Below, piece by piece: positions 42,401 to 54,400 of a stretch of 64,000 bases of DNA (position 1 is its first letter; the number at the start of each line of letters is the position of its first letter). The position numbers and the translations under genes were made by a program. Source of the DNA: an uncultured Clostridia bacterium (GTDB lineage Bacteria; Bacillota; Clostridia; Peptostreptococcales; Anaerovoracaceae); NCBI GenBank assembly GCA_934277695.1, contig CAKQVG010000003.1, positions 109,496 to 173,495 on the forward strand, in the 5' to 3' direction. Under the pieces are notes generated by a model. It worked only from the letters and a program-made list of their open reading frames with translations. It was not told the DNA's origin and did no database searches.

Positions 42401-45400
42401 AACTTGTTTACTCCAAGCTCTGCCTCTGTCGGATTCGGCTTCGTGTAAGTGTTTACGAATGTCGGGTCTTGCGTTTCTGTTCCGTCCATGCTGTAGGTTA
42501 CCGTTGTAACCAGCTTATTATCCGCATTCTTTCCAACATGTACAGTTACCTTAATAACCTTACCTGAGTATTCATATCCCGCTTTACCATCGTTTACTTC
42601 ACGAATTTCGTATTCGTAATCTGCGTCTACATCTTTGTTGTAGTTAAGCGTAAATTTAACCTTACCATCCGCATCATTCTTTACGGTTACAGGCTGTGCC
42701 AATGTTTCGCCTGCCGGTACCTTTGTGTTGGTAAGCGTGAAGCTGAACATATTTGCTGTCAGCACTTTTCCGGTCAGTTCTTTGCTTACCTCAATCTCCG
42801 CCTGTGTGCCGGTCGGTGGTGTATAGGTGTTCACGAAACTTGCCTTACCAGCCGCCGTTCCGTCTGCCTTTTCATATACAATGCTCGTAATCTCAAGCGT
42901 GTTTTCACTTGCCTTACGTGCTGCCGTTACCGTTACTTTGTAGGTGTCGGTTGAATAGGTAATTCCCGTTTCCTTATTCGCCGGAATTACTTCGCTGATG
43001 GTGTAGGTGTAGGTTCCTGCATCCTTGATTGTAATCTTCGGGAAGGTAATCGTTCCGTCTTTCGCATTCTTTGCGGTTGATACAACCTTACCGTCTGCAT
43101 CTTTAACTTCAAAGCTGTAAGCACCTGCCGCCAGTGTCGGTACGCTTCCGATGGTTGCTTCAAGTCTCTTTTCTGCCTCAAGAACAACTTCCGTCGGACT
43201 TGGCTTCGTATAAGTATTCGTAATTGCAGGTGCACTTGTTTCTGTTCCATCCAGTTTATACTTGATGGACGAGATGCTCAGTACATGATCTGCGGATTCC
43301 GTTACAGTCACGGTTGCTGTAATGGTAGCGGTCTTGTTCACCGTGATGCTTGGGTCCTCCATACCATCTACGAAACCCTTTTCCTTGATTTCATAGGTAT
43401 AGGTTCCCGCTTCCGTAAATTTCGGTAAGTTGAAGGTTATCTTTCCGGATGCGTCGTTGCTTGCTGTTCCGTTCCAGTTGTTGCCACTGATTAAGAATAC
43501 GTATTGTCCTGCAAGGAAGGTTGTCGGTGCTCCTTCTCCTGTGAACTTCTTGGAAATCTGAAGCGTTCCTGTTACCGGCTGCTTATACAGGTTTGCAAAC
43601 GTCGGGACTTCTTCCGCTCCGTCATAGGAAACAGTTGCTTCCATTTCCGTTCCGTTCTGTACCACACTTACCGTAACATTTACGGTCTTACTGTCGATGA
43701 CAACGCTTTCATCATTTACCGCCTCTTCTGTAATTGTATAGCGGTAGGTTCCTTCATCTTCATAGGCAATGCTTCCAAAATCAACGCTCTGCGTTCCGCT
43801 TCCTGCTGGAACTGCAAGTGTCAGTTTGTCGTTTGCTGCGCCTTTCGGCATCGGTGCATCATCGACTGCTGTCAGCGTTAAGTGGAACTGGTCGCTTCCG
43901 ATTGCAACCGTTTCTTTCGTTGCTGCATTCGTGTACGTCTTGTTTGCTACCAGCTTTACTGCTCCCGGCGTTGGCTTCGTATACGTGTTTGTTACCGTAA
44001 ACAGTTCCGGCTGCGCTTTCGCGTTTCTGCTGTAGCTTACGCTTGCATTGTACTTATTCGTTGCTTCATCCAGTGTTACCGTTACCGTTGCTGTAATCGG
44101 TGTTGTATCATAGCTGATTGTCGGGTCTGTACCTGCTGCTTCTGCAATCGTATAGGTGTAGGTTCCTGCTTCTGTATAGCTGATGCTTTCGAACAGAACA
44201 TCTGTCTTACCGCCTGCCGCCGCATTCGTCGTTACCGTCATCGTGTCTGCGCCTTTGGCTGCTTCCGGCATCGGTGCATTATTCTTTGCTGTCAGTACGA
44301 AGCGGAACTGGTCCTTAGCGATTGCCATCGCCTCTCCGCTGTCTGCATTCTCATACGACTTCTTTACTCCAAGCTCTGCCTGAATTGGGCTTGGCTTCGT
44401 GTAGGTATTTGCAAGCGTTGGACTGCTTGTTGCAGCTCCATCAATCTTGTAGCTTACATCTGCCTTCAGCGTGTTATCCGCCTCTTTTGTAACTACTACC
44501 GTTACATTTACCGTCTTATCCGAGTAGGTGTAGCCTGCTTTTCCTTCCTTTACTTCTGTAATGGTATATTCGTAGGTTCCTTCCTTCTCGTATCCAATCT
44601 GGCCGAAGTCTACCCTGCCGTTTGCTGCATTCTTTACCGTCTTGTCTGCTGCAAGCGTTACCCCTTGCGGTGCAGAAGTATTCTTCAGTACGAAGCTGAA
44701 CTGATTTGCACTTAATGTTTTTCCGCTCAGCGTCTTTGTGATGGCAAGGCCTGCCTGTGTACCCGTCGGTGGTGTATAGGTGTTCACGAAACTTGCCTTA
44801 CCAGCCGCCGTTCCGTCTGCCTTTTCATATACAACACTCGTAATTTCAAGCTCGTTCGTATCCGCCTTACGTGCTGCCGTTACCGTTGCCTTGTACTTAT
44901 CGGTTGTATAGGTAATTCCCGTTTCCTTATCATCCGGAATTACTTCGCTTATAGTGTAAGTGTAGGTTCCTGCATCATTGATTGCAATCTGCGGGAAGGT
45001 AATCGTTCCGTCTGCTGCATTCTTAGCTTCTGCTACAACCTTATCGTCTGCATCCTTAACCTCAAAGCTGTAAGCACCTGCCGCCAGTGTCGGTGCGTCT
45101 CCGCTTGTTGCTCTAAGGCTCTTTTCTGCCTCAAGAACAACTTCCGTCGGACTTGGCTTCGTGTAAGTATTCGTAATTGCAGGGGCACTTGTCTCTTCTC
45201 CATTCAGTTCATACTTGATGGACGAAACGCTCAGTACATGGTTTGCGGATTCGCTCACGGTTACGGTTGCCTTAATCACTTCGCTGCTTAAGGAAATGCT
45301 TACATCTTCCGGTGTCATCGCCGTTTCGCGAATTTCATACGTGTAGGTCCCTGCCTTCGTGTAGGTCGGAAGGGTAAAGCTTACCTTTCCGTTCGCATCG

Positions 45401-48400
45401 TTGCTTGCCGTTCCGCTTAAGTTATCTCCGCTGATTGCGAACTGGTATTGTCCTGCAAGGAAGGTTGTCGGTGCTCCTTCTCCTGTGAACTTCTTGGAAA
45501 TCTGAAGTGTTCCTGTTACCGGCTGCTTATACAGGTTTGCAAACGTCGGTACTGCAGCCGCTCCGTCATAGGAAACGGTTGCTTCCATTTCCGTTCCATT
45601 CTGCGCCACAGTTACCGTAACATTTACTGTCTTTCTGTCGATGACAACGCTTTCATCATTTACCGTTTCTTCTGTAATTGTATAGCGATATTCACCTGCC
45701 TCACTATAGGAAATGCTTCCGAAATCAACGCTCTGCATTCCGCTTCCTGCCGGGACTGCAAGCGTCAATTTGCCGTTTGCTGCGCCTGCCGGCATCGGTG
45801 CAGTTCCAACTGCTGTCAGCGTTAAGTGGAATCGGTCGCTTCCGATTGCAACCGTTGTACCATCTTTCGCATTTTTGTACGTCTTGTTTGCTACAATATG
45901 TACAGATCCCGGCGTTGGCTTCGTATACTTGTTTGTTACCGTAAGCAGATTTCCTGTTGGCTCTTCGCCTTCTCTGCTGTAAGTTATCGTCTTCGTGTAA
46001 GTATTCGTTGTCTCATCCAGTCCGATAACTACTGTTGCCGTAATCGGTGTTGTATCATAGCTGATTGTCGGATCTGTACCTGCTGTTTCTTCAATCGTGT
46101 AGGTGTAAGTTCCGGCTTCCGTGTAGGAAATGTCCCCGAAGTTTACAAGCGTACTTCCGCCTGCTGCTGCAGGAGTCTTCACCGTCTTCTTTGTAGGATT
46201 TCCTTCATCGGTTCCTGCCGGCATCGGTCCGCCATCAGTTTGGGTCAACACGAAGCTGAACTGACCCTCTGTGATTTCCTTTGAAATTTCTTGACCGCCC
46301 GTTTGCTCTACATATGACTTGTATACACCAAGCTCTGCCGTAGTTGAAACCGGATGGGTGTAAGTGTTTGTAATGCTCGGATTCTCAAGTTTTTCACCGT
46401 TCTTATTGAAGTATTCAACCGTGGTATAAAGGTTGTTATCCGCCCCTGCACTTACCGTCACTGTCACAGTTATCTCTTCCGTCGAATAGCCATATCCTGC
46501 AAGGGTTCCTTTCTTTTCTTTTATCTTATAAGTAAAGGTCTTGCCCGCGTCTGCATAGTTATACCTCAAAGCATCAAGGTTTGAGAAAACGACTTTGCCG
46601 GATGCATCATTTTTTTCTGTATTGAGCAGTTTATCATCGGCACTATACAGTTCAAATTCAAAGAGGTTCGCTCTCACCGGTCCTGCACTGCCCTCAATAT
46701 GCTTGAACAGACTCAATTCTGCAGAAGCTTCTGCGTACTGAATGTTTGTGATTGTCGGCTGTGCTTCTGTGAGAATTTCTCCGTTGCGAATATATCGCAG
46801 ATCTGCCTGCAGTTCCGTGCCGCTTTTCGCAGTTACAAGTACTGAAAGTTTTATCGGTGTTTCATCATATTTAATATTTTTGTCTTTTCCGGCTGCTTCG
46901 CGAATCTCATAGCTGTAATTTCCTTCTTTTTCGAAAGAAATTTCGCCAAAATCAATCGTCCCATCTGCACCTGCTGTAACAGTTTTCTCGAACTGCGGTG
47001 TGCCTGCTTCATTTTTTATTGTAAACTTGAACGCACCTTCGCTGATGTCTCCGCCGATTAAAAGCTTTTTCAGTTTCGGGTTAACAGTAACAGCTTTTGG
47101 AACTGTGCGTTTATTTACAAAAGTCGGCACCTTTCCATCTTCGAGATTTACACCGTTCATATAATAGATAACTTTGCCTACTATAAGTTCTTCTTCCGGA
47201 CATGTTACCTCGACAGTAGCCGTTATCGTCGCCGGATCCTTGGTTATAAAGATGGAGGAAGGCGTTCTTTCCGTAATCGTAAATGTATAGGTTCCTGCTT
47301 TGCTGATTCCCTCTCGTGTAAAGGAAACCTTTCCGTCAGCATCATTGGTTACGGTTTCAGTTATCTCTGCACCTTCATCATTTTTGTATGTAACATCAAA
47401 CATAAAGTCACCCGCATTAACGGAAAGCAGCTCATCCGCTTCAGATTTTAATTGCTTAGCGAACTCTAGTTTGATGCTCGTTGAACCCGGCGGATTATAA
47501 GTATTGCTGATTTTAAAGTTCAAAGTCTGGTTACCGTTTTTGTCTTCGGTTTTTTTTGTTTCCTCTATTATGCCTTTCGTGTATTTCGTTACTTTTGTTT
47601 CTGTGATGGTATAGATATATTCTCTGCCATCCGTATCATAGCGCGGAAGATTTTTTACCGTGAACATCCAGTTTTCGGAAGCTTTTACAGTAATCTTCCT
47701 CAGCTCCTTATTATTTTGTAAAAGTTTCAGTTCAATAGATTCCGGTCTGCTTCCATATTGATTGTTGCCGTCATACCAGTATTTCTGTCCGGAAATGTTG
47801 ACGCTTGCCGCTAAAGTGTTCGTTACGGTTAATTCCACAAGACCCTCAGTTTCCGTTACCTGTGTTGTCGCCTTATATTTTTCATTTCCGCTTTCTTCTA
47901 TTGAGTATACAATCTTGCTTCCGTCCTCATTATATACCGGAAGTTTGCCAAATTCCTTTTTCCAACCCGTTAAGGCATTGAGAGTATCACTCCGTTCAAT
48001 GACTCCATCGGCTAAAAGCTTGATATTGATTGAAGTCGGTCTATTTGCATCATCTCCGTCTTTCCAAACTTTTGTTACTTTAAGCTTTGTAAGTAAGGTA
48101 TTGGTAAAATTTCCGATTACATCTGCGTCTTCTTCGCATTTGTATCCGCCTACCGAAACTTCCTCTACCTTATACAGAATCGGAAGTCCGTTTTCATCAA
48201 TTGCCGGAAGATCATCAAATACATACTTCTGAATATGCTTAATTCCATCGCTTTCCTGTCCGCTTGGAATTGCAACATCCGTCCATGTTGGTGTCTTATC
48301 GGTTACCTTTACCCATCCGCCGCCGCTATATTTCAGGAGTTTTAACTGCGGTACATCGTGTGTTTCCTTTCCGTCGTTCCATGTCTTTAGACCGCTGATT

Positions 48401-51400
48401 TCCTTTTTCTGCGTATTGACAAATGTGAAAAGCGGATTTCCCTCTTCGTCCGTTCCTTCATCTGACAATCTGATAGTATAGCCTGTAACGGAATTTTCTT
48501 CTTCTGCCGTATAGATTAAATCCTTGCCTTCGTATCGAATCGGAAGCCCTGAAATTTTTGCAGTCCATGTCTTGTCATCCGACTCTGTCCATGCGATGTC
48601 ACTATGAACTTGTTCATAGCCTACCTGTCCCTCCGCGGTCTTTCCAATTACACGAATCTTTACACCGCCTCCAAGCGCAGGTCTTGTATAGCCGGTAATA
48701 TCTTCCCATTTTTTCTTTAAGGAAATTTCTTTTCCGTAAATTTTGATGCCGACCTTAGCCGGTTCTGCATACAGGCGCTGAGATGTGTTTGTACCCTTAT
48801 ATGCATAGCCGAAGGAGTTCCATGCTATTTCGCCGATTGCGGCATCTGTGCCGACTTTTGCATCAAAAGTAACCGTAATAGTTTCACCTCGAGCTACATT
48901 AACACCCGAAAGATTGATTCGGATTACGTTGCTTCCTTCCTGCTTTTCGTTTGTCCAGTCATTGCCGGCACCTGCCCAATCATTTTTTGTAAATGCAGCG
49001 TCTGCTACAGCCTCTTTATAGCTAATGACAGCCTGACTTGTGATGTCCATGTCTCCTTTTTTAACAGTTACCTTTGGAGAATCCGCCAAGTTGACGGAGA
49101 ACTCACTTTCTCTTCCGGCATAGGTTTCCAGTGTGCCGGTATCTCCAACCTGCGGAAGTTTATCAATCAGCACAAAATCAGACAGTGCGGATGTGCTGCT
49201 GTTTGTAACTTTTAAGGTATATATCGCAGAGTCTCCTGTCGAAATCGCTTTCACATAGTTCGCTTCGTCACTTCCCCATGCGGTTTCACTTGCTTCATTG
49301 GTAACTCCTTTCAGAGATGTCGTTTCAAAACCCAAGGACGGATATACATAGTCTTTGGCAGTGATTCCCACGGTTCTTTTTTTCGAGTCACGTACGGGAT
49401 TCCCTGAAATTACAGTCTTAATTTCCCCTGCATTTCCGGAGGCATCTATTATTTCCAGTTTGACACTGTTCTCATAGTTCTTGCTCCTGTAAAATGCGTT
49501 ACTGTCGTAGCGTGCCAGAATGCGGAAGGTTGTTGTTCTATTCGCATCCAAAGTTACTTTATCTGCGATAACTCTCTGCACCTTTCCTTTTTTTGCATCT
49601 GTTACGGTTTCTACGGTCCCTGCAATGTCATCCCATTTGTCTGTTTCTGCGTTATACCGCTGCATTACATATTTTCCGTTTTCTTCCGTAATCGCTTTAT
49701 ATGGGTCTGGAAGCTCGTCTGTAATCCGTACATCGCTGCGTTGGATGCCCCCATTCTGCACTTCAATTTTCCATTCGACAACATCTGCAAAGTTCACTTT
49801 CTTGTTACTTGTCGAAAGTTCAGCACGAACCTTATCATTTGCTGCTTTCTCTTTATCTGCTGTGTCAATCGTATTGATTGTGGAAAGTGTTGCTTCATCA
49901 AAACCGTCTGGATACTTCGCCGCCTGATATTTGCCGGAAGAAGTTTTCGTAATTCCCAAGCTGCTTTCCGGCGGATAAATGTTTACTGTGCTGGAGAACT
50001 GTGTATTGCTGAGCTTCACACACTCCCCTTCGTTTCTCTTCGCATTCTCATTTTGATCTGCCGGTCTGCTCTTGATTGTGATGTCGTCATTGATTTCAAA
50101 CGGATTGCTCTTATCTTTGGTTGCCGCAATGTTCAAAACCGCCGTGTTCGTCCAAACATAAGGATCCGAACCGGAGCGATCGATAGGAACCGCATAGGAG
50201 AATGTCAGACCTTCTCCGGGTTTAAGGACTATGTTTCCGCCTTCACCATTAACAAAGCATTCGTACGTTCTATCAAACTTAATTTTATCAGTCCACCATT
50301 TTTTTGCTATTGTTTGCTTCAAATCTACACAATATTCTGGACTAAGATACTTGTCCCTCAGTTTTGCAAAATATGCTTCTATAGGATCGTTCAAACATTT
50401 AGAAATACCGTTGCGGTCGTACAATCCATTATATCCATAGCGCAGCATTGCCTTGACAGGACGTAAATCGTAATTATTAGCACTATATCCCTCTTTTTCC
50501 GTAGAGCCTGATAGCAAAAAGCTCCCAGAATCGTATCCTAATGCGTTTTGTGGGAATAAATCTTTAATATTTTTAATAACTAAGTCTTCATTACTGCTCT
50601 CATCGTTAATGACTGTGATTCCGTAGCGAACTACATCGACTTGACGATATATGAAATTAAATTTAACGTTTTCTCTATATTTACTATCTTCCCATTGGTT
50701 ATATGCTCTACTTTCCCAAACATTTAAATCACCAGACGTTGTATCGTCTCCTGTTTGATTTGTAGTAGTATATGCTCCATAGCCTGTTGGGATATTACCT
50801 GCTGAGTTTAGACCGTTCCATTTAGGATATACACTTCCGAATCCGAGTACGCTCTTCTGCATATTCAGGCGGTTCTTACCTTTTTGGTAGTAGTATCCGG
50901 TTTCCGTACTGATTTTATCCTCACCTACTTGATAAGAAGCTTCATTATGGATAATTGTCGAATTATTATGCGTCTGATTCCAGTTGCTCTCATCAATCAC
51001 ACCTGTGTTCTTATCCTTCTGGCTTTCCGCAAACCTTTCACCAACAATCAAAGCATAGGTAATGCGGAGTGTGTGATTGCTCGGTATTTGAAATACGTTT
51101 CCGCTTTCATCAAAGTATGTAAACGAAACTTTTTTTGCTTTGTTTGAGTCGATTTCGCTTTGTAAAACTGTAATCGACTCTTCTCCATCTGCTTTCAGAA
51201 TCCCTTGGACAGCCGCCTTGTCTCCCGATGCATCAAGAAGCACAGCTGAAATCGGATAAGTGCCTGCCTTAAAGCCTTTGGTCGTCATATTGTCAACAAT
51301 CGGATTGTCTGTTCCAATCTGCGTTGGTTCGCTTCCCGTGTTTTTATATTCAATTTTAAACGTTACCTGATCTCCTACAGATAGCGGATTTTTCTCATTA

Positions 51401-54400
51401 TCAACCGCTTTCCCGTCAACCATGGCGGCCTTCCGTAAGGTCTGTCCTCCTACGGTTCGAATGGCGGCTTCTGCCTCAGCCTCATATGTGTCATAATAGA
51501 TGGTCGCAACATTCTTTCCCACTCCGCCTCGATTCTGATCTGGTATGGTAACGGTCACCTTCGGATTAACCTTTATTTCCATAGAAGCAACATCGCCGCC
51601 GTCTTCAAACTCCCATCTGATGGCGATTGGACGGGCAGATTTGTTCGAGCTCAGGACAAGATTCGAATCTTTAAGAATGTAGGAACTGGTGCATTTATAC
51701 TGTGACGCATTGTTGAAACTGAAAGTTTTCGTCAAATTTTTCCCATTTGAGGTCTTGTCATATACAATAACCAGCTTATACTTTTCAATTCCGGTATAGG
51801 CTCCTGTCCGTATGTCCTTTACTTCGGAAAGTCCGTAAATTCCGCTGAGATTGTCTACCAATCTATAGTTGCTGACTGCCGCACTCGTTCCGAAATCCGA
51901 GATTGTGAAGGTTGCGGTGTCTCCGGCCTGCAGTGCAGTGTTTGGCGTTACTTTCTTGCTGATTGTCAGTTCTGTGCGCTCGAAATTATGTTTAACTTCA
52001 GCTTCCAAAGTCTTCGCAATTCCGGCTTCTCCATACACAAGCGTTACATGATTATTATCATCACCCTCTTCACGTTTGCCTAAGAATCTATTTTCGAAAT
52101 CTCCGCTGCTTGGATAGTCTACTTCAACCATTATCGTCAGCGTATCGTTCGCATATACTTCAACTTCTCCCCATCTTAAGAAATTCTGCGCAGGATTCAG
52201 CACCGGTGTTATATTAAATTTCCTTCCGGATGTGAATTTTGCACTGATTATCTTTACATTGCCGCTTGGGTTTGATTCTTTATCGTACAGACTGTAATAT
52301 GTGTTACCATTCACTTGTCCCGCACGTGGTAATCTATCAATCAGGTTTGCCTTATATACAGAAAGATTGCCGCTATTTTTGATTTTTATTTCGTATACGA
52401 GCTTGTCCCCTGAATTGACCTCGCATTCTTTTTCTGTGTTTCCTCTTGTTCGCTGTCCATTTATTGAATAGATGATCTTAGTCAGTGATGGATCCGGTAC
52501 CAGCCCGGTTGTCGTGCTGGTATACTCTCCGTCAATGTATGCATTGTTTGACACCGTTAATGCGTCTGCCGCTGACGAAACATACCCTACATAGGAAAGC
52601 TTTCCTGTTTGGAACAAGGAAGTTTCCGTCGCATATCTCAATTCTTTAATTTTCCATTTTATTACGAAATTGCCTTTACTATCTTTTTCATATTCTCCGG
52701 AAATTTCACATGTTGTTTTCCCCGTAATGTAGGTCCCCGAAATGGTTCCGCTCTCTTTATCTTCCTTCTCCGGACGCAGACCACCGCTCATAACATCCGT
52801 AATTATTTTTTCACCATCGGTTTCAAAATCATAGTCATCACCGATATTTTGGATATCAAGTTCATAAGGTATGGAATATACACCGTCCCCAACCGGTGTG
52901 CTCTGTGTGTTTTTTACCTCTTTCTTTAGTTTAAATGCAAGTTTACGGTCTTTTACCTGCACTGAAGCAGCACTGCGTTTTTCTTTATCCTCATTAATGT
53001 ATACGGTATTGGTTATCGTATCGCCAGCCTTCAATCCGTCTTCTTTAATGCCTGTAAGTTTTGCAGTATATGAAATGACTGCCTTGTGATAGCTGCGTTT
53101 GCTGAGTGTCTGGGTTTCGAAAACCAAAACATTGCTGCCGCTTGCGTCTTTCCTTTTTGAAACAATAATGTTCCTGCTGCTCCGCACTACATTTTGAGAA
53201 TCGTAATACAAAATTCGTGCTTCTGATGAAACAGAGTCTATGTCAATGTACTTTGGTAACGTGTCGACTGCCGTAAAATCCATAGGCATGCCACTGTCAT
53301 TGGTTAATGTGATTGAATATCTCACGCTGTTTCCATCGGCAACCGGCTTATCTCCGATAAGGTATGCGCTTTTCTCAATTTGACGCACCGATGCACCGGT
53401 ATAGTAAACATCGGTAACTTCGTTTGTTTTATATTCTTTGCCGCCCATCTTAATGGTTGCCGCATTTTTAATCCTTGTCTCATCTTTCAGTTCCTGACCT
53501 TTTTCGTTCTTATCTTTAATTTTTACGGTAAATGTCAGTTTGACTTCTTTGTCCTTAGGAATGGATACATTCTCTGCTTGGTACGCTAATGTCCATACAC
53601 CGTTGTCCTGTTTGAATGCCTTATCAGGCACAGCTGTTGTTTTTTCTGTTCCATTTATATCATATCCTTGCAGCTTTGCACTGCCGTCCACATATTCGAG
53701 GTAGCCGGACAGCACATCTGAGAACTGAAGCGTCCTGTTGATTGGATATTCGGAATCGTTTGTAACAATAAGCGTGTAGCTAATTTTCTCACCCGGTGCT
53801 ACATTAGCCGGATTGCTGCTTCTCTTTGATACGGACACAGAGTCTTGCGGATCATTGATGATCGTCTTCACATTGCCTTCGCTTCTTGTTTCTTCCCCAA
53901 ACAGGGATGATGCAATGAACTCTGTTTCATTTGTAATTGCAAGTTCTGCACCCTTTTCTTCGTAATGCTTCTTGATTCCTTCAATATTCGCCAGAATATT
54001 CTTTAATGTAACCTTATATTGCGGGTCATCCACCTCGGCTTTAACCGACTCTTCATTGCTCTTTTTTATCTTAAACTGCAAGATATTACCTGCCACTGTA
54101 GCATCGCTGACCATTGCGTCAACTTCTGCAATAACCGTATCTCCTGCTTTAATAACCGACCCGTTGTCCTTACCTTCAATTGTTATATCTCCTGTCGGAT
54201 ATGAAACATATTGTGGAAGGGTTATTCTCTCATTAATGCTGTACTCTTTTGTGAAAATCTCATTTGAAGTCCCTTGGTTTAAGGATTTATTTGAAATTAC
54301 ATAGATAATGTCATTTACAACTTTATTGTTTTTTACATTTACATTATTTTGTGATGTCGAGACTTCAACATTTTCCCATTCGAAGTCAGCAACAAATTTT

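Noticed and set aside
42019-46356. Regular long repeats that might be mistaken for a CRISPR-like or satellite array.
   Set aside because: The period is about 1.95 kb, there are no short repeat/spacer units, and the repeats are in-frame protein-domain modules.
39940-54304. Dozens of plus-strand ORFs antisense to the giant gene. Examples are the 336-aa Cys-rich ORF at 41002-42012, the near-identical 125-aa pair at 43504-43881 and 45448-45825, and 43882-44715.
   Set aside because: They lie entirely inside a single 15.6-kb minus-strand ORF that has coherent domain structure. They have no RBS and a low-complexity Cys/Arg/Phe-rich composition. They recur only because the sense-strand repeats recur, so they are shadow ORFs.
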